From NCBI GenBank assembly GCA_028293325.1, contig JAQGPA010000138.1, positions 1 through 45,379 of the forward strand: DNA of 45,379 bases. The letters are read 5' to 3'. Positions within the stretch are counted from its first letter, which is position 1. Every line of letters starts with the position of its first letter. A program made the translations under genes and the position numbers. The DNA comes from Pedosphaera sp. (GTDB taxonomy: Bacteria > Verrucomicrobiota > Verrucomicrobiia > Limisphaerales > Pedosphaeraceae). Below, one piece after another: positions 9,005-18,393 of this stretch. The notes under the pieces were generated by a model. That model saw nothing but the letters and a program-made list of their open reading frames with translations. It made no database searches and was not told the origin of the DNA.

Positions 9005-10639
9005 CTAAGCCGCCTGCGTGGCCTTATCCGGCACTTCGTCGGCCCCTTCACCGGAGCCTTCGATGTGGACTTGTCGGTAGCCTCCGCGAGTTTTGAAATA
9101 GAGGATAATGAACAAGTAAAGGAGCGCGAGCGTGGCTGGTATCGCCGCTGTTACTTTAAGCGCCATGCGCCCGCCGTGGAGGTCGGCGTCGTGGACCTGA
9201 GTTTCCGCGGCAGTGCGAGTGTCCGGGGTCATGGAACGAATGGCCTTCACCTTGGTTCCGTCTAACCCCTGGATTTCGGGAAAGAACAGAAAATTATTGC
9301 GGGTTTCCGACTTGTATTGCTCGTAAACCGCCGGGGCTTTCTCCTTCAAATTTTGGGAGGCGTAATAATCCTGGTTGTAACCGATGCCCGGTCCGCCCAA
9401 CAAACCAGCGGAGAGCATCCCCACGCCGCCCATCGCTCCAATCGCGATGGCCCCGCCCTTGGGAAAACGTTCCGAGACGACGGCGAGCATCGTGGGCCAA
9501 AGGAAAGTTTTGCCGATGCCGTAAATGGTCGCAGCCAACACGACGTAAAGGCCGGTGGTTGCATTGCCGAGACAGGTCAAACCAATGGCGCCACAAGTCG
9601 CGCCCACGAACAACAATCCCAACGGGGAGATTTTGTGAACGATGGGCCCGGCGCAAAAGCGCAGGATGAACATCAGGCTCGAAGTATAAACGAACAGCAA
9701 AAGACCGTTGGCCGGGCTTGCCAGAATGTTCCCGGTGATGTTACCAATCCAACTGTCCGTCCCGAGTTCGACATAACCCAGCAACATGTGGCCGCAGAGC
9801 AACAGGGCCAACAGCAACGAGCCGAGCTTGAAGTTGGTGGCTGCGCCAAAGGCAGCCACAATTGCGCCCGCAAAAACAAAGCCGAGCCACCCGGGCAGAT
9901 GCAGACTGGTGAGCAAATCATTTTTAAACCAGAGGGCGAGCAGCAAACAAATGACGAGCGCGCCCGCGATGCCCAATTCCTTGAGCATGTCGAGATACTT
10001 CACGCCGTGAGCGCTGGCTTCAGACTTGGGGAATCTTTGGCCGAGACACATCGCGCCATAAAGAATCACCGGGATCAGGAACAAGGCCAGTTGCACTTCC
10101 CAACGCGCCTTGCCCACCATAAAGTAGGACGCCAAACCGCCGGATACCAGACCCGCAGGCCAGCCCGCATGAAGAATGTTGAGATAATGAGTCTTGTTTT
10201 TTGGAAAGAGCGTTGCGACAAGCGGGTTCACCACGCCCTCGCAGGTTCCATTGCCAATCGCAAAGAGGAACATCCCCCAGAAAAGACAAAGAAACGCTGC
10301 GTGTTTGGCGGCTTCCGGATTGCTGGCGTGCAGGGAATTGTAAATCGGCGATGCCGCCAACGTCACCACCGCCGAGAGAAAGTGCATGATGAACGCAAAA
10401 ATCATCAGGCGGCCGTAGCCAATCTTGTCCGCGATCAGCGCGCTCAGCAGGATGATAATGCCAAAACCGGTCAAACCGCCGCCGGTTATTTTGCCGAGGT
10501 CGGATTGCGTGAAGCCAAACTGGCCACCCCAATCTCCTAGAATGCCGGCACGAATTGAAAATCCGACTCCTGCCGCGAGAATGGCCATGAATCCAGCCCA
10601 GAGAAGTCTTTTCGAGTTTGGTGCGATGCCGGAATCCAT
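9005..10639 (-). CDS. MFS-type membrane transporter
   Basis: 544 aa, about 12-14 predicted hydrophobic helices with Gly-rich inter-helix motifs typical of the major facilitator superfamily. TAG stop. Confidence 0.8.
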   Translation of the reverse strand: MDSGIAPNSKRLLWAGFMAILAAGVGFSIRAGILGDWGGQFGFTQSDLGKITGGGLTGFGIIILLSALIADKIGYGRLMIFAFIMHFLSAVVTLAASPIYNSLHASNPEAAKHAAFLCLFWGMFLFAIGNGTCEGVVNPLVATLFPKNKTHYLNILHAGWPAGLVSGGLASYFMVGKARWEVQLALFLIPVILYGAMCLGQRFPKSEASAHGVKYLDMLKELGIAGALVICLLLALWFKNDLLTSLHLPGWLGFVFAGAIVAAFGAATNFKLGSLLLALLLCGHMLLGYVELGTDSWIGNITGNILASPANGLLLFVYTSSLMFILRFCAGPIVHKISPLGLLFVGATCGAIGLTCLGNATTGLYVVLAATIYGIGKTFLWPTMLAVVSERFPKGGAIAIGAMGGVGMLSAGLLGGPGIGYNQDYYASQNLKEKAPAVYEQYKSETRNNFLFFPEIQGLDGTKVKAIRSMTPDTRTAAETQVHDADLHGGRMALKVTAAIPATLALLYLFIILYFKTRGGYRQVHIEGSGEGADEVPDKATQAA

Positions 10640-10939
10640 ATATATATGTGTGTGGACGGTTTACTGCGGAACGTCGTTCATTATTCTTCCGGCATGGAAG
10701 CCACGACTGGCTGGTCCGGAAAGCTCAACGGTAAAGGCGATAAACTGAATGAACTCCCCAGCGCGCAAAGTGTCAACCGCAAAATGCCACCCCCCTCGTT
10801 TCCAATCGCTTCCACTTTAGAAATTAACAATTACGCTAACGTCGAGCAGCCCCTGCAACCGCTTAAACAAAAAAGGGACGGCGCGAAGTGCGCCGTCCCC
10901 CTGTTCTCACCCACCTCCCTGGCTTAGCTGCACAGCTTC

Positions 10940-12754
10940 TTAGCTACTTTTGGCAGCCGCTTTGGCAGTCGTTTGGTCACGGACCATCAAGCCGATGAGT
11001 CCATCCACCAATCCACTGCTCCCGTTCGTGCCGGTCACGGAAACATCCGGCACAATTCGCACGTTGCGCTCCCCCACGATCTGCATCAACTGCATCACCG
11101 TGTAGCCCTGCGCCCCGATCGCTTCCACGCCCACGCGATACGCTTCCGCTTTCGCATTGCCCGTGGCCCGGATGGCCTCAGCTTCGCCCAACGCCCGCAG
11201 CCGGGTGGCTTCCGCCTCGCCGGTCGCCTGCTTGATGTGCGCGCCCGCCTGCAACTCGGCGATGTTCACGCCCTGTTCCGCGCCCACCACCTGTTGCTGG
11301 ATATCCGCCACCGCGGTTTCCCGCACGAGTCGCTGCCGCTGCTTCTGCGCCGCTTCCTGCACCTCGTACGTCTTGCGTTGTTCTTCCGCGATCTTCCGTT
11401 CCGTTTGCGTCTCCATCAACGTCGCCGGCGGATTGATGTCTCCAATCAGCGTGTCAATCGCCTGCACGTCGTAAGCCGCCAACGCGACCCGGATATGCTG
11501 CGCCGCTTCCGTCTGCCGCTCGCTGCGCGCGCTCAGGAAGTCCAGCACCGTGTAGTGCTGCGCGGAATTGCGGAAATAATTTCCCACAATCGGCTGCAGC
11601 ACATGGTCCACCAGGTTCTGCATCGAACCCACCCGGGAGATCACCTTCGGCGCATCGAGCGCGCCCACATGGATGATCTGCGCCACGTCCAGGTTGAACC
11701 CGAACCCGTCGCGCGACCGCACCGTGATCGACGACAATTTTGCGTCATAATTATGGGACTCGGTCCGCGAGGCCCAGTTGAGCACGATATTCGTCGTCGG
11801 CACGCGTTCCACTTTCATGATGCGCGTGTTGACCGGATGTTTGCCCGGATACAGCGGCGTGACCCACACGCCTTTGTGACCCGTATTCACCAGGTCGCCA
11901 TGCTTAAACTCCAGACCGCTCACATCTTCATGTGCCATCCCCACAAACGAGATGACCACGCCAACATGCCCGATCGGAATCTCCAGCATCGGCACCTGTT
12001 CCACCTGGACAAACCACGGGTTCAGATTCCACGTGCCGGACAGCAGGATCTGCTCCTGCAATCCGCGCCGTCCGCCGCCCGCCAGAAATGCCTGCGCATT
12101 CTGGAAGTTGTCATGCGTCGGTATCAGCGGCCCGGCAATCTCGCCCTGCTCAATGGGCCGCCCGTCCAGCGTCGTCACAATGCCCACCCGATCCGGCAGC
12201 ACATGATGCAACAGCAGTTGTTCCGGCTGCATCCCATGTTGCTGCGCATCATAAGATGCGATGACCGTGAACAACGCCGTGTTGATCCGATACGTTCCCG
12301 CCGTGAGAATGCCCAACTGCCGGCCTTTCTCGCCGCCAGAAACCAGGAATTTCCGCGCATCCTGAAAGTTGTCGCAATCGACCACCTGGCCCAGGATGCG
12401 TTCCGAAGGTATGGCCGCGCCGTCCGCCGCCACCACCAACGCGATTTCACCCTGTGGCACCATGATCACGCCAACCTTGATGATCCGATACTGCCAACGC
12501 CAAAAACCGAAATGCAGTCCTGGCGCCAACGTATCCGCCTGATACCCTGCCTCGCCGCTCAAGGCAACGAGTTGACCTGGCTTAAGCGAACGTCCGGAGA
12601 ATCGCTTGATGACAATTCCCACCTGCCGCTCGCGAATCAGCACTGTGCCGAAGACCAACGGCCCAACCAGAAACAACAACGCGCAAACTGTGATTGCGCT
12701 AGCGATGAAAAACGATGATTCCACCGCTCCCACAAATGTAATGATAGCCAACAT
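10940..12754 (-). CDS. flotillin / SPFH (band-7) domain protein, YqiK-like
   Basis: N-terminal transmembrane helix, SPFH domain, then a long Ala/Glu/Gln-rich coiled-coil (AEQGVNIAELQAGAHIKQATGEAEATRLRALGEAEAIRATGNAKAEAYR). The start is placed at the internal ATG (MLAIITF...) preceded by GAAGG; the ORF-track start at 12883 is probably too far upstream. TAA stop. Confidence 0.8.
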   Translation of the reverse strand: MLAIITFVGAVESSFFIASAITVCALLFLVGPLVFGTVLIRERQVGIVIKRFSGRSLKPGQLVALSGEAGYQADTLAPGLHFGFWRWQYRIIKVGVIMVPQGEIALVVAADGAAIPSERILGQVVDCDNFQDARKFLVSGGEKGRQLGILTAGTYRINTALFTVIASYDAQQHGMQPEQLLLHHVLPDRVGIVTTLDGRPIEQGEIAGPLIPTHDNFQNAQAFLAGGGRRGLQEQILLSGTWNLNPWFVQVEQVPMLEIPIGHVGVVISFVGMAHEDVSGLEFKHGDLVNTGHKGVWVTPLYPGKHPVNTRIMKVERVPTTNIVLNWASRTESHNYDAKLSSITVRSRDGFGFNLDVAQIIHVGALDAPKVISRVGSMQNLVDHVLQPIVGNYFRNSAQHYTVLDFLSARSERQTEAAQHIRVALAAYDVQAIDTLIGDINPPATLMETQTERKIAEEQRKTYEVQEAAQKQRQRLVRETAVADIQQQVVGAEQGVNIAELQAGAHIKQATGEAEATRLRALGEAEAIRATGNAKAEAYRVGVEAIGAQGYTVMQLMQIVGERNVRIVPDVSVTGTNGSSGLVDGLIGLMVRDQTTAKAAAKSS

Positions 12755-13068
12755 AATGAACCTTCTGATGTGGTTGGCGCTCCGCGCGTTTGTTTGCACC
12801 CATGCCGGACGGCTGCACCGCCGGCACAGTTGCCGCGCAATGCGACAACGCTTACTCTGTTGGGGTGACCGTGAGTGCCGCAACTTGCGGCCTTAGAGGA
12901 TCGCCCTTCCAATTGCCGACGAGGTTAGCTGACGGGCTTGGTCCTGGAAGTGACCTTGGCCACGGTTACCCGCGGCCTTGCGCCCCATCCCCGGAATTTC
13001 TCCCGGGGAATTTGGTTCCCCCGCGCCAGCCCTCAGGAAGGAAGGCCGGCTTAGGCTGCTACTGTTTC

Positions 13069-13102
13069 ATACAATGCCCTATTCGCATGGCGAACGGGCA
13101 TT
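13069..13102. promoter_or_regulatory. 34-bp near-perfect palindrome acaatgccc-tattcgcatggcgaac-gggcattgt (candidate dimeric regulator operator or hairpin)
   Basis: Outer 9-bp arms are perfect reverse complements and the inner 16 nt is itself nearly palindromic. It lies in the ~900-bp divergent intergenic region between the flotillin gene and glnB. Confidence 0.3.
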
Positions 13103-13562
13103 GTCAATCAGCTCGCGGAAACCGCCGGAAAGGGAATGAAATAATTGGATGGAAGATGTTCACCAGCGCGTTGTTACAATGATCGTTCCAACGCCGCGCT
13201 ATTTTTGTAATCGGTGGGCGGTTATGGTGAAATGAGCGACGCCCGCCCGCACCTCCTCCGTACAAATAAAAACCGGGCTAATCAGTCAGGGGGTGACCGA
13301 GGAGCCCGGGGAATTTTCGAATTGGCACAACAGTAGGATTATGTAGAACTCCGATTCTGGTCTGTACCGAACCAGGACCGAAACTTAGTGGGCACTCAAA
13401 GAACAATTTCTATAACATGTGCCCGAAATTCAATAATGCTTACTGCGGATAATTAATCACGGATCCTAATAAATGTCAAAGGCCAAAATCAAGTATTAGC
13501 ACAACTTTATAACTTCATTACCAGCATTAGCTGCCTTTGATATTGCCTTCAACGCACACTAG

Positions 13563-14006
<444 letters not shown>

Positions 14007-14094
14007 TCATTTAAATTTCTCCTCCACACCTCAACTGCAATGGAGGGATTTTGTGCAATTGAAAACCTGCTGAACATCTAAATCTAAACTACGT

Positions 14095-14814
14095 ATGAGC
14101 ACAGGAAAAAGCGTAATTGATTCGGCCAAGAAACAAGGGGCCAAGATGGTGGACGTGAAGTTTGTGGACACCTTCGGCACCTGGCAGCACTTTAGCGTCC
14201 CCATGGGCGAGCTGACCGAGGAAGTTTTTGAAGAGGGCTTTGGTTTTGATGGCTCCTCCATCCGGGGTTGGAAAAGTATTGAAGCCTCCGACATGCTCGC
14301 GATGCCCGACCCCAATACGGCCTTCATCGATCCCTTCTGCGCAGTCCCAACTTTGAGCCTGACCTGCACCATCGCCGAGACAGGCACCAAGGAGGCTTAC
14401 AGCCGCGACCCGCGCGGCATCGCCCAACGCGGTGAAAAATATCTCAAGTCCACCGGTCTGGCCGATACCGCTGTGTTTGGACCCGAGGCCGAATTCTTCA
14501 TCTTCGACAACGTGCAGTATGATTCCAAGAGCAACGGCACCTTCTACAGTGTTGATTCCGAGGAAGCCGCCTGGAACACAGGTCGCGATGAGATGCCCAA
14601 CTTAGGCTACAAGATCCGCCACAAGGAGGGTTACTTCCCGGTCGCTCCCACGGACACCCAACAGGACATCCGCACCGAGATGTGTTTGGTGATGGAGAGC
14701 CTCGGGATCAAAGTGGAACGTCAGCATCATGAAGTGGCCACAGCCGGGCAGGCGGAAATCGACTTCCGCTTCGACACGCTGGTGAAGACCGCCGACAACA
14801 TGATGCTCTACTAG
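14095..14814 (+). CDS. glnA: glutamine synthetase type I, N-terminal 239-aa segment ending at an in-frame TAG
   Basis: GS beta-grasp and early catalytic domain (MVDVKFVDTFGTWQHF, DGSSIRGW, FGPEAEFFIF). Ends ...KTADNMMLY-TAG. Confidence 0.9.
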   Translation: MSTGKSVIDSAKKQGAKMVDVKFVDTFGTWQHFSVPMGELTEEVFEEGFGFDGSSIRGWKSIEASDMLAMPDPNTAFIDPFCAVPTLSLTCTIAETGTKEAYSRDPRGIAQRGEKYLKSTGLADTAVFGPEAEFFIFDNVQYDSKSNGTFYSVDSEEAAWNTGRDEMPNLGYKIRHKEGYFPVAPTDTQQDIRTEMCLVMESLGIKVERQHHEVATAGQAEIDFRFDTLVKTADNMMLY

Positions 14815-14862
14815 TATGTGATCAAAAACGTGGCCCGCTAGCACGGCAAGACGGCCACCTTC

Positions 14863-15507
14863 ATGCCCAAGCCTTTGTTCGGGGACAACGGCAGCGGCAT
14901 GCACACCCACCAATCATTGTGGAATAAGGGCAAGCCGCTGTTCGCAGGCAAGGAGTATGCGGGCCTCTCCCAGATGGCCTTGTACTACATTGGCGGCATC
15001 TTAAAACACGCCAAGGCCCTGTGCGCCATCTGCAATCCCACCACCAACAGCTACAAGCGCTTGGTGCCGGGCTACGAAGCACCCGTGAACCTGGCCTACT
15101 CGGCCCGGAATCGCAGTGCGGCCATTCGCATTCCTACCTTCAGCGAGAGTCCCAAGGCCAAGCGCATTGAGTATCGCCCGCCCGATCCCGCGGCCAATCC
15201 GTATCTCGCTTACACCGCGCTCTTGATGGCCGGTCTGGATGGCGTGCTCAACAAGATTGATCCGGGCGAGCCCTTGGACAAGAACATCTATGAATTGCCG
15301 CCCGAAGAGTTGGCCAAGGTGCCGAACGTGCCCAGCAGCTTGGGTGAAGCGTTGGATTGTTTGGAGAAGGATCACGCGTTCCTCTTGAAGGGCGACGTGT
15401 TCACGAAGGACTTTTTGGAAATGTGGGTCACGCACAAGCGCAAGGAACATGATGCCCTGCGTCTGCGCCCCCATCCCTATGAGTTCTTCCTCTACTACGA
15501 CGTGTAG
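14863..15507 (+). CDS. glnA: glutamine synthetase type I, C-terminal 214-aa segment, same frame as 14095-14814
   Basis: [50 protein letters not shown], canonical C-terminus ...FFLYYDV. Between the segments the frame reads TAG-YVIKNVAR-TAG-HGKTATF, colinear with E. coli YKYVVHNVAHRFGKTATF. Confidence 0.9.
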   Translation: MPKPLFGDNGSGMHTHQSLWNKGKPLFAGKEYAGLSQMALYYIGGILKHAKALCAICNPTTNSYKRLVPGYEAPVNLAYSARNRSAAIRIPTFSESPKAKRIEYRPPDPAANPYLAYTALLMAGLDGVLNKIDPGEPLDKNIYELPPEELAKVPNVPSSLGEALDCLEKDHAFLLKGDVFTKDFLEMWVTHKRKEHDALRLRPHPYEFFLYYDV

Positions 15508-15522
15508 AAAAATCGGTTTTAC

Positions 15523-15554
15523 GAGGGCACCCCGCTCGCGAGGTGCCCTTTTTT
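15523..15554 (+). terminator. rho-independent terminator after glnA
   Basis: gggcacc (15525-15531) / ggtgccc (15542-15548) stem followed by tttttt (15549-15554). Confidence 0.7.
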
Positions 15555-15559
15555 GCGCC

Positions 15560-15937
15560 CTGAGAATTAAAGAAACGCCTGATTTTATTAGGTGAACGTG
15601 GATTGTGAATAACTCGTGAATAAAAGTTAATATGTTGTCCTCGTAACATGAACACGATTGGAATAAAAAGTAGCACCTCGGTGAGATTTCGTAAGCTGTC
15701 GTTTACTCTCGAAAAGTGCGAACCGGGATTTTTGGGTCGGATTATACGTAAGTAATTGAAACAAATGAATTTGCGCAGCGTAATTAGAGTCACGGCAGCG
15801 GTGAAGAATGGGTCTACGATTGATTTTGTTGGTTTGCCGGCGAATTCGGATTATAAAAGCATCGCAAAGGAAGTGTTACAGGCTCGTTACGGGGTTAGGT
15901 GAATAAAACGCCCGAAAATAGGGCGAATGGGATAATA
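15560..15937. other. AT-rich region upstream of dnaA with DnaA-box-like motifs (candidate oriC or dnaA autoregulatory region)
   Basis: tgtgaataa (15604-15612) is the reverse complement of TTATTCACA, which fits TTATNCACA. Near-matches cgtgaataa (15616-15624) and ggtgaataa (15898-15906). GC content is visibly lower than flanking genes. Confidence 0.35.
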
Positions 15938-17299
15938 ATGATGCAATCTTCTGCCGATAAAGTCTGGACTGCAGCGCAACAACAATTGCGCTCCATGTTG
16001 AGTCCGGACACTTTCAATCTCTGGTTCGCCCCGCTGCGCGCACAGACCCTGGATGCCGAATGCATCACCCTCGAGGTCGCCAATGATTTCTGCGAGGTCT
16101 GGCTTAAGGACAACTACATGGGCCTGCTGCAGGACGTGTTGTCGCGTTCTTCCGGCCAACCGATGCATGTTAAATTCAAAGTCGTGCCGGGTGGCGCTGT
16201 TGTCACCGCGCCCATCACGCACGCCAGCCACGCCAAAGCCAAGCCCGCGGAAACCGCCACCGAGCGCACCTCCGCTGAACTCGCGTTCAATCCCAAAAAC
16301 ACTTTCGACAGCTTCGTCGTTGGCAATAACAATAATTTCGCCCATGCCGCCGCCATGGCGGTCGCCCAGGCGCCCGGCAAATCCTACAATCCGCTGTTTC
16401 TTTATGGCGGTGTCGGTCTTGGCAAAACTCACTTGCTCCACGCCATCGGCCAGCATGTCGTCAGCCAAAGAAAAGGCGCGCGCGTTTCCTACGTCTCCTC
16501 GGAAAAATTTACCAACGAGTACATCGACGGCATCCAGAACAACCAACTCGCCCGTTTCCGGAAGAAATATCGCCAGACCGAAGTCTTGTTGATCGATGAC
16601 ATCCAATTCCTGGCCGGCAAGGAACGCATCCAGGAGGAATTTTTCCATACCTTCAACGCCCTGCACGAATCGCATAAACAAATCGTCCTCACGTGCGACC
16701 GTCCCGCCAGTGAAATCCAAAACCTCGAGCAACGCCTCGTCTCCCGTTTCGAATGGGGTTTGGTCACGGATTTGCAGCCGCCCGATATCGAGACTCGCCT
16801 GGCCATCCTGCGGAAAAAAGCCAAGTCTCTCGGCGTGGAACTGCCCGAGGAGATTATTAATTTCCTGGCGCATCGCATTCGCGCCAACATCCGCCGCCTG
16901 GAAGGCGCCTTGATCCGCGTCGCTTCCTACGCCTCGCTGACCGGCAAGAAATTGAGCATTGAAGTCGTGGAAGGCTTGTTGCGCGAAGTGCTGCACGAAG
17001 AAGGCCGCTTTTCCATCAACATTGAAGTCATCCAAAAGCGCGTGGCCGAGCATTATGATATTCGCCTGGCCGACATGACCAGCAAGCGCCGTCCGGAAAA
17101 TATCGCCTTTCCCCGTCAGGTGGCCATGTTCCTCTCCCGCCAAATGACGGAAAGCTCCCTCAACACCATCGGTGAAGCCTTTGGCGGACGCGATCACGGC
17201 ACTGTCCTCCACGCCTGCCGGCTCGTCAAAGACCGCATGGAAGTGGACGCCAATGTCCGCCAGGTGGTGCAATATCTGGAAAAGCAGTTGCTCCGTTGA
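15938..17299 (+). CDS. dnaA: chromosomal replication initiator protein DnaA
   Basis: N-terminal DnaA domain I (VWTAAQQQLRSMLSPDTFNLWFAPL). AAA+ Walker A GGVGLGKTHLL and Walker B LLIDDIQF. C-terminal DNA-binding domain IV (VAMFLSRQMTESSLNTIGEAFGGRDHGTVLHA). The start is placed at the ATG ATG pair; the ORF track begins at an upstream GTG. Confidence 0.95.
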   Translation: MMQSSADKVWTAAQQQLRSMLSPDTFNLWFAPLRAQTLDAECITLEVANDFCEVWLKDNYMGLLQDVLSRSSGQPMHVKFKVVPGGAVVTAPITHASHAKAKPAETATERTSAELAFNPKNTFDSFVVGNNNNFAHAAAMAVAQAPGKSYNPLFLYGGVGLGKTHLLHAIGQHVVSQRKGARVSYVSSEKFTNEYIDGIQNNQLARFRKKYRQTEVLLIDDIQFLAGKERIQEEFFHTFNALHESHKQIVLTCDRPASEIQNLEQRLVSRFEWGLVTDLQPPDIETRLAILRKKAKSLGVELPEEIINFLAHRIRANIRRLEGALIRVASYASLTGKKLSIEVVEGLLREVLHEEGRFSINIEVIQKRVAEHYDIRLADMTSKRRPENIAFPRQVAMFLSRQMTESSLNTIGEAFGGRDHGTVLHACRLVKDRMEVDANVRQVVQYLEKQLLR

Positions 17300-17335
17300 C
17301 AAACTTCGGGGTGGCTTCACATTAGAGCCCGAAGC

Positions 17336-18355
17336 TTGCAAAATTTAGCGACAACATCTTCTGCGACGCAATCTAACGAACCTGCCATCCAGGTTCGGGG
17401 CCTGACCAAGGCTTTCCGCACCTATAAAAAGGAACCGGGTTTTGGCGGTGCGCTTAAAGGACTCTTCCACCGTCGTTACGAGCAAACTTTTGCCGTTAAG
17501 GACGTGAATTTCTCCGTCGCTCCCGGCGAACTGGTTGGTTTTCTCGGCCCGAACGGCGCCGGCAAAACCACTACCCTAAAAATGCTCGCCGGCCTGCTTT
17601 ATCCCACCAGCGGCGAAGCGCACGTCCTCGGTTATGTGCCGTGGGAACGCAACGACGGCTATCGCCGCCAGTTCGCCCTGTTGCTCGGCCAAAAAAATCA
17701 GCTTTGGTGGGACCTGCCCGCCCGTGAATCGCTCGACCTCAACGCCAAAATCTACGGCATCCCCCGCGCTTCCTTCGAACGCACGGTGGCGGAAATGACC
17801 GAACTGCTCGGCGTCAAGGACAAGCTCAACGTCATGGTCCGCGAGCTCTCCCTCGGCGAACGGATGAAGATGGAACTCATCGCCGCCCTGTTGCACCAGC
17901 CCAAGGTGCTCTTTCTCGATGAACCCACCATCGGCCTCGACGTCATTTCCCAAAAAACCGTCCGCGAGTTCTTGCGGGAATATAACGCGAAGCAGAAAAC
18001 CACCATCCTGCTCACCAGCCATTACATGGCCGACATCCAGGAACTCTGCCGTCGCGTCATCATTATCGACCATGGCACCATCTTCTTCGACGGCCTGCTC
18101 AGCGACGTCGTGGATCGCTTCGCCGATTTTAAACTGATCACCATCCATTGCGACGGCGCGCCCGCCCGTCCCAAGGAAAGCCTCGCCCAATACGGCGAAT
18201 TGGTGGAGCAAAACGCCGACAGCCTCAAGTTCAAGGTCAAACGCGACCGCGTCATCCCCGTCTGCAAAGCTCTGCTCGACGACTTGCCCGTCAGCGACAT
18301 CGACATCGAAGAAGTCCCCATCGAGGACGTCATCCGCCAGATCTTTGCGCGGTAA
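17336..18355 (+). CDS. ABC transporter ATP-binding protein (ABC-2 / YbhF-like single ATPase)
   Basis: Walker A GPNGAGKTT, Q-loop, signature LSLGERMKMELIAAL, Walker B VLFLDEPT, H-loop TSHYM. The ORF begins with TTG at 17336, so the start is uncertain. No permease gene is adjacent. Confidence 0.85.
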   Translation: MQNLATTSSATQSNEPAIQVRGLTKAFRTYKKEPGFGGALKGLFHRRYEQTFAVKDVNFSVAPGELVGFLGPNGAGKTTTLKMLAGLLYPTSGEAHVLGYVPWERNDGYRRQFALLLGQKNQLWWDLPARESLDLNAKIYGIPRASFERTVAEMTELLGVKDKLNVMVRELSLGERMKMELIAALLHQPKVLFLDEPTIGLDVISQKTVREFLREYNAKQKTTILLTSHYMADIQELCRRVIIIDHGTIFFDGLLSDVVDRFADFKLITIHCDGAPARPKESLAQYGELVEQNADSLKFKVKRDRVIPVCKALLDDLPVSDIDIEEVPIEDVIRQIFAR

Positions 18356-18393
18356 GCGGTTTTGACGCCATGACCCGCCAAACTGGAATGAGT

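Noticed and set aside
12884-13300. possible small structured RNA (hairpins gggcgg...ccgccc and ccgggct...agcccgg) in the flotillin-glnB intergenic region
   Set aside because: There are no matches to RNase P, SRP, tmRNA or 6S signature sequences that I can recognise, and the hairpins are ordinary for GC-rich DNA. It is retained only as part of the general note on this long intergenic region.
13316-13345. possible sigma-54 promoter (TGGCAC at 13324-13329) upstream of glnB
   Set aside because: The -12 element (TTGCW) is absent at the required 4-5-nt spacing. Only the -24 half matches.
17310-17335. hairpin cttcggg...cccgaag between dnaA and the ABC ATPase gene
   Set aside because: The 7-bp stem has a 17-nt loop and no U-run, and the downstream gene start overlaps it. 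It is unlikely to be a terminator.
15887-17341. 484-aa ORF on the minus strand opposite dnaA (and similar long antisense ORFs at 729-1505, 5750-6910, 6920-7990, 9317-10540, 10973-12718, 19495-20388, 23835-24788, 28249-29274, 29838-30620, 34905-36464, 37810-38985, 38822-40303, 43419-44549)
   Set aside because: Each lies antisense to a gene with a strong, recognisable protein family assignment. Their translations are low-complexity, Arg/Ala/Gly/His-rich and lack motifs. Long open antisense frames are expected in ~60% GC DNA.
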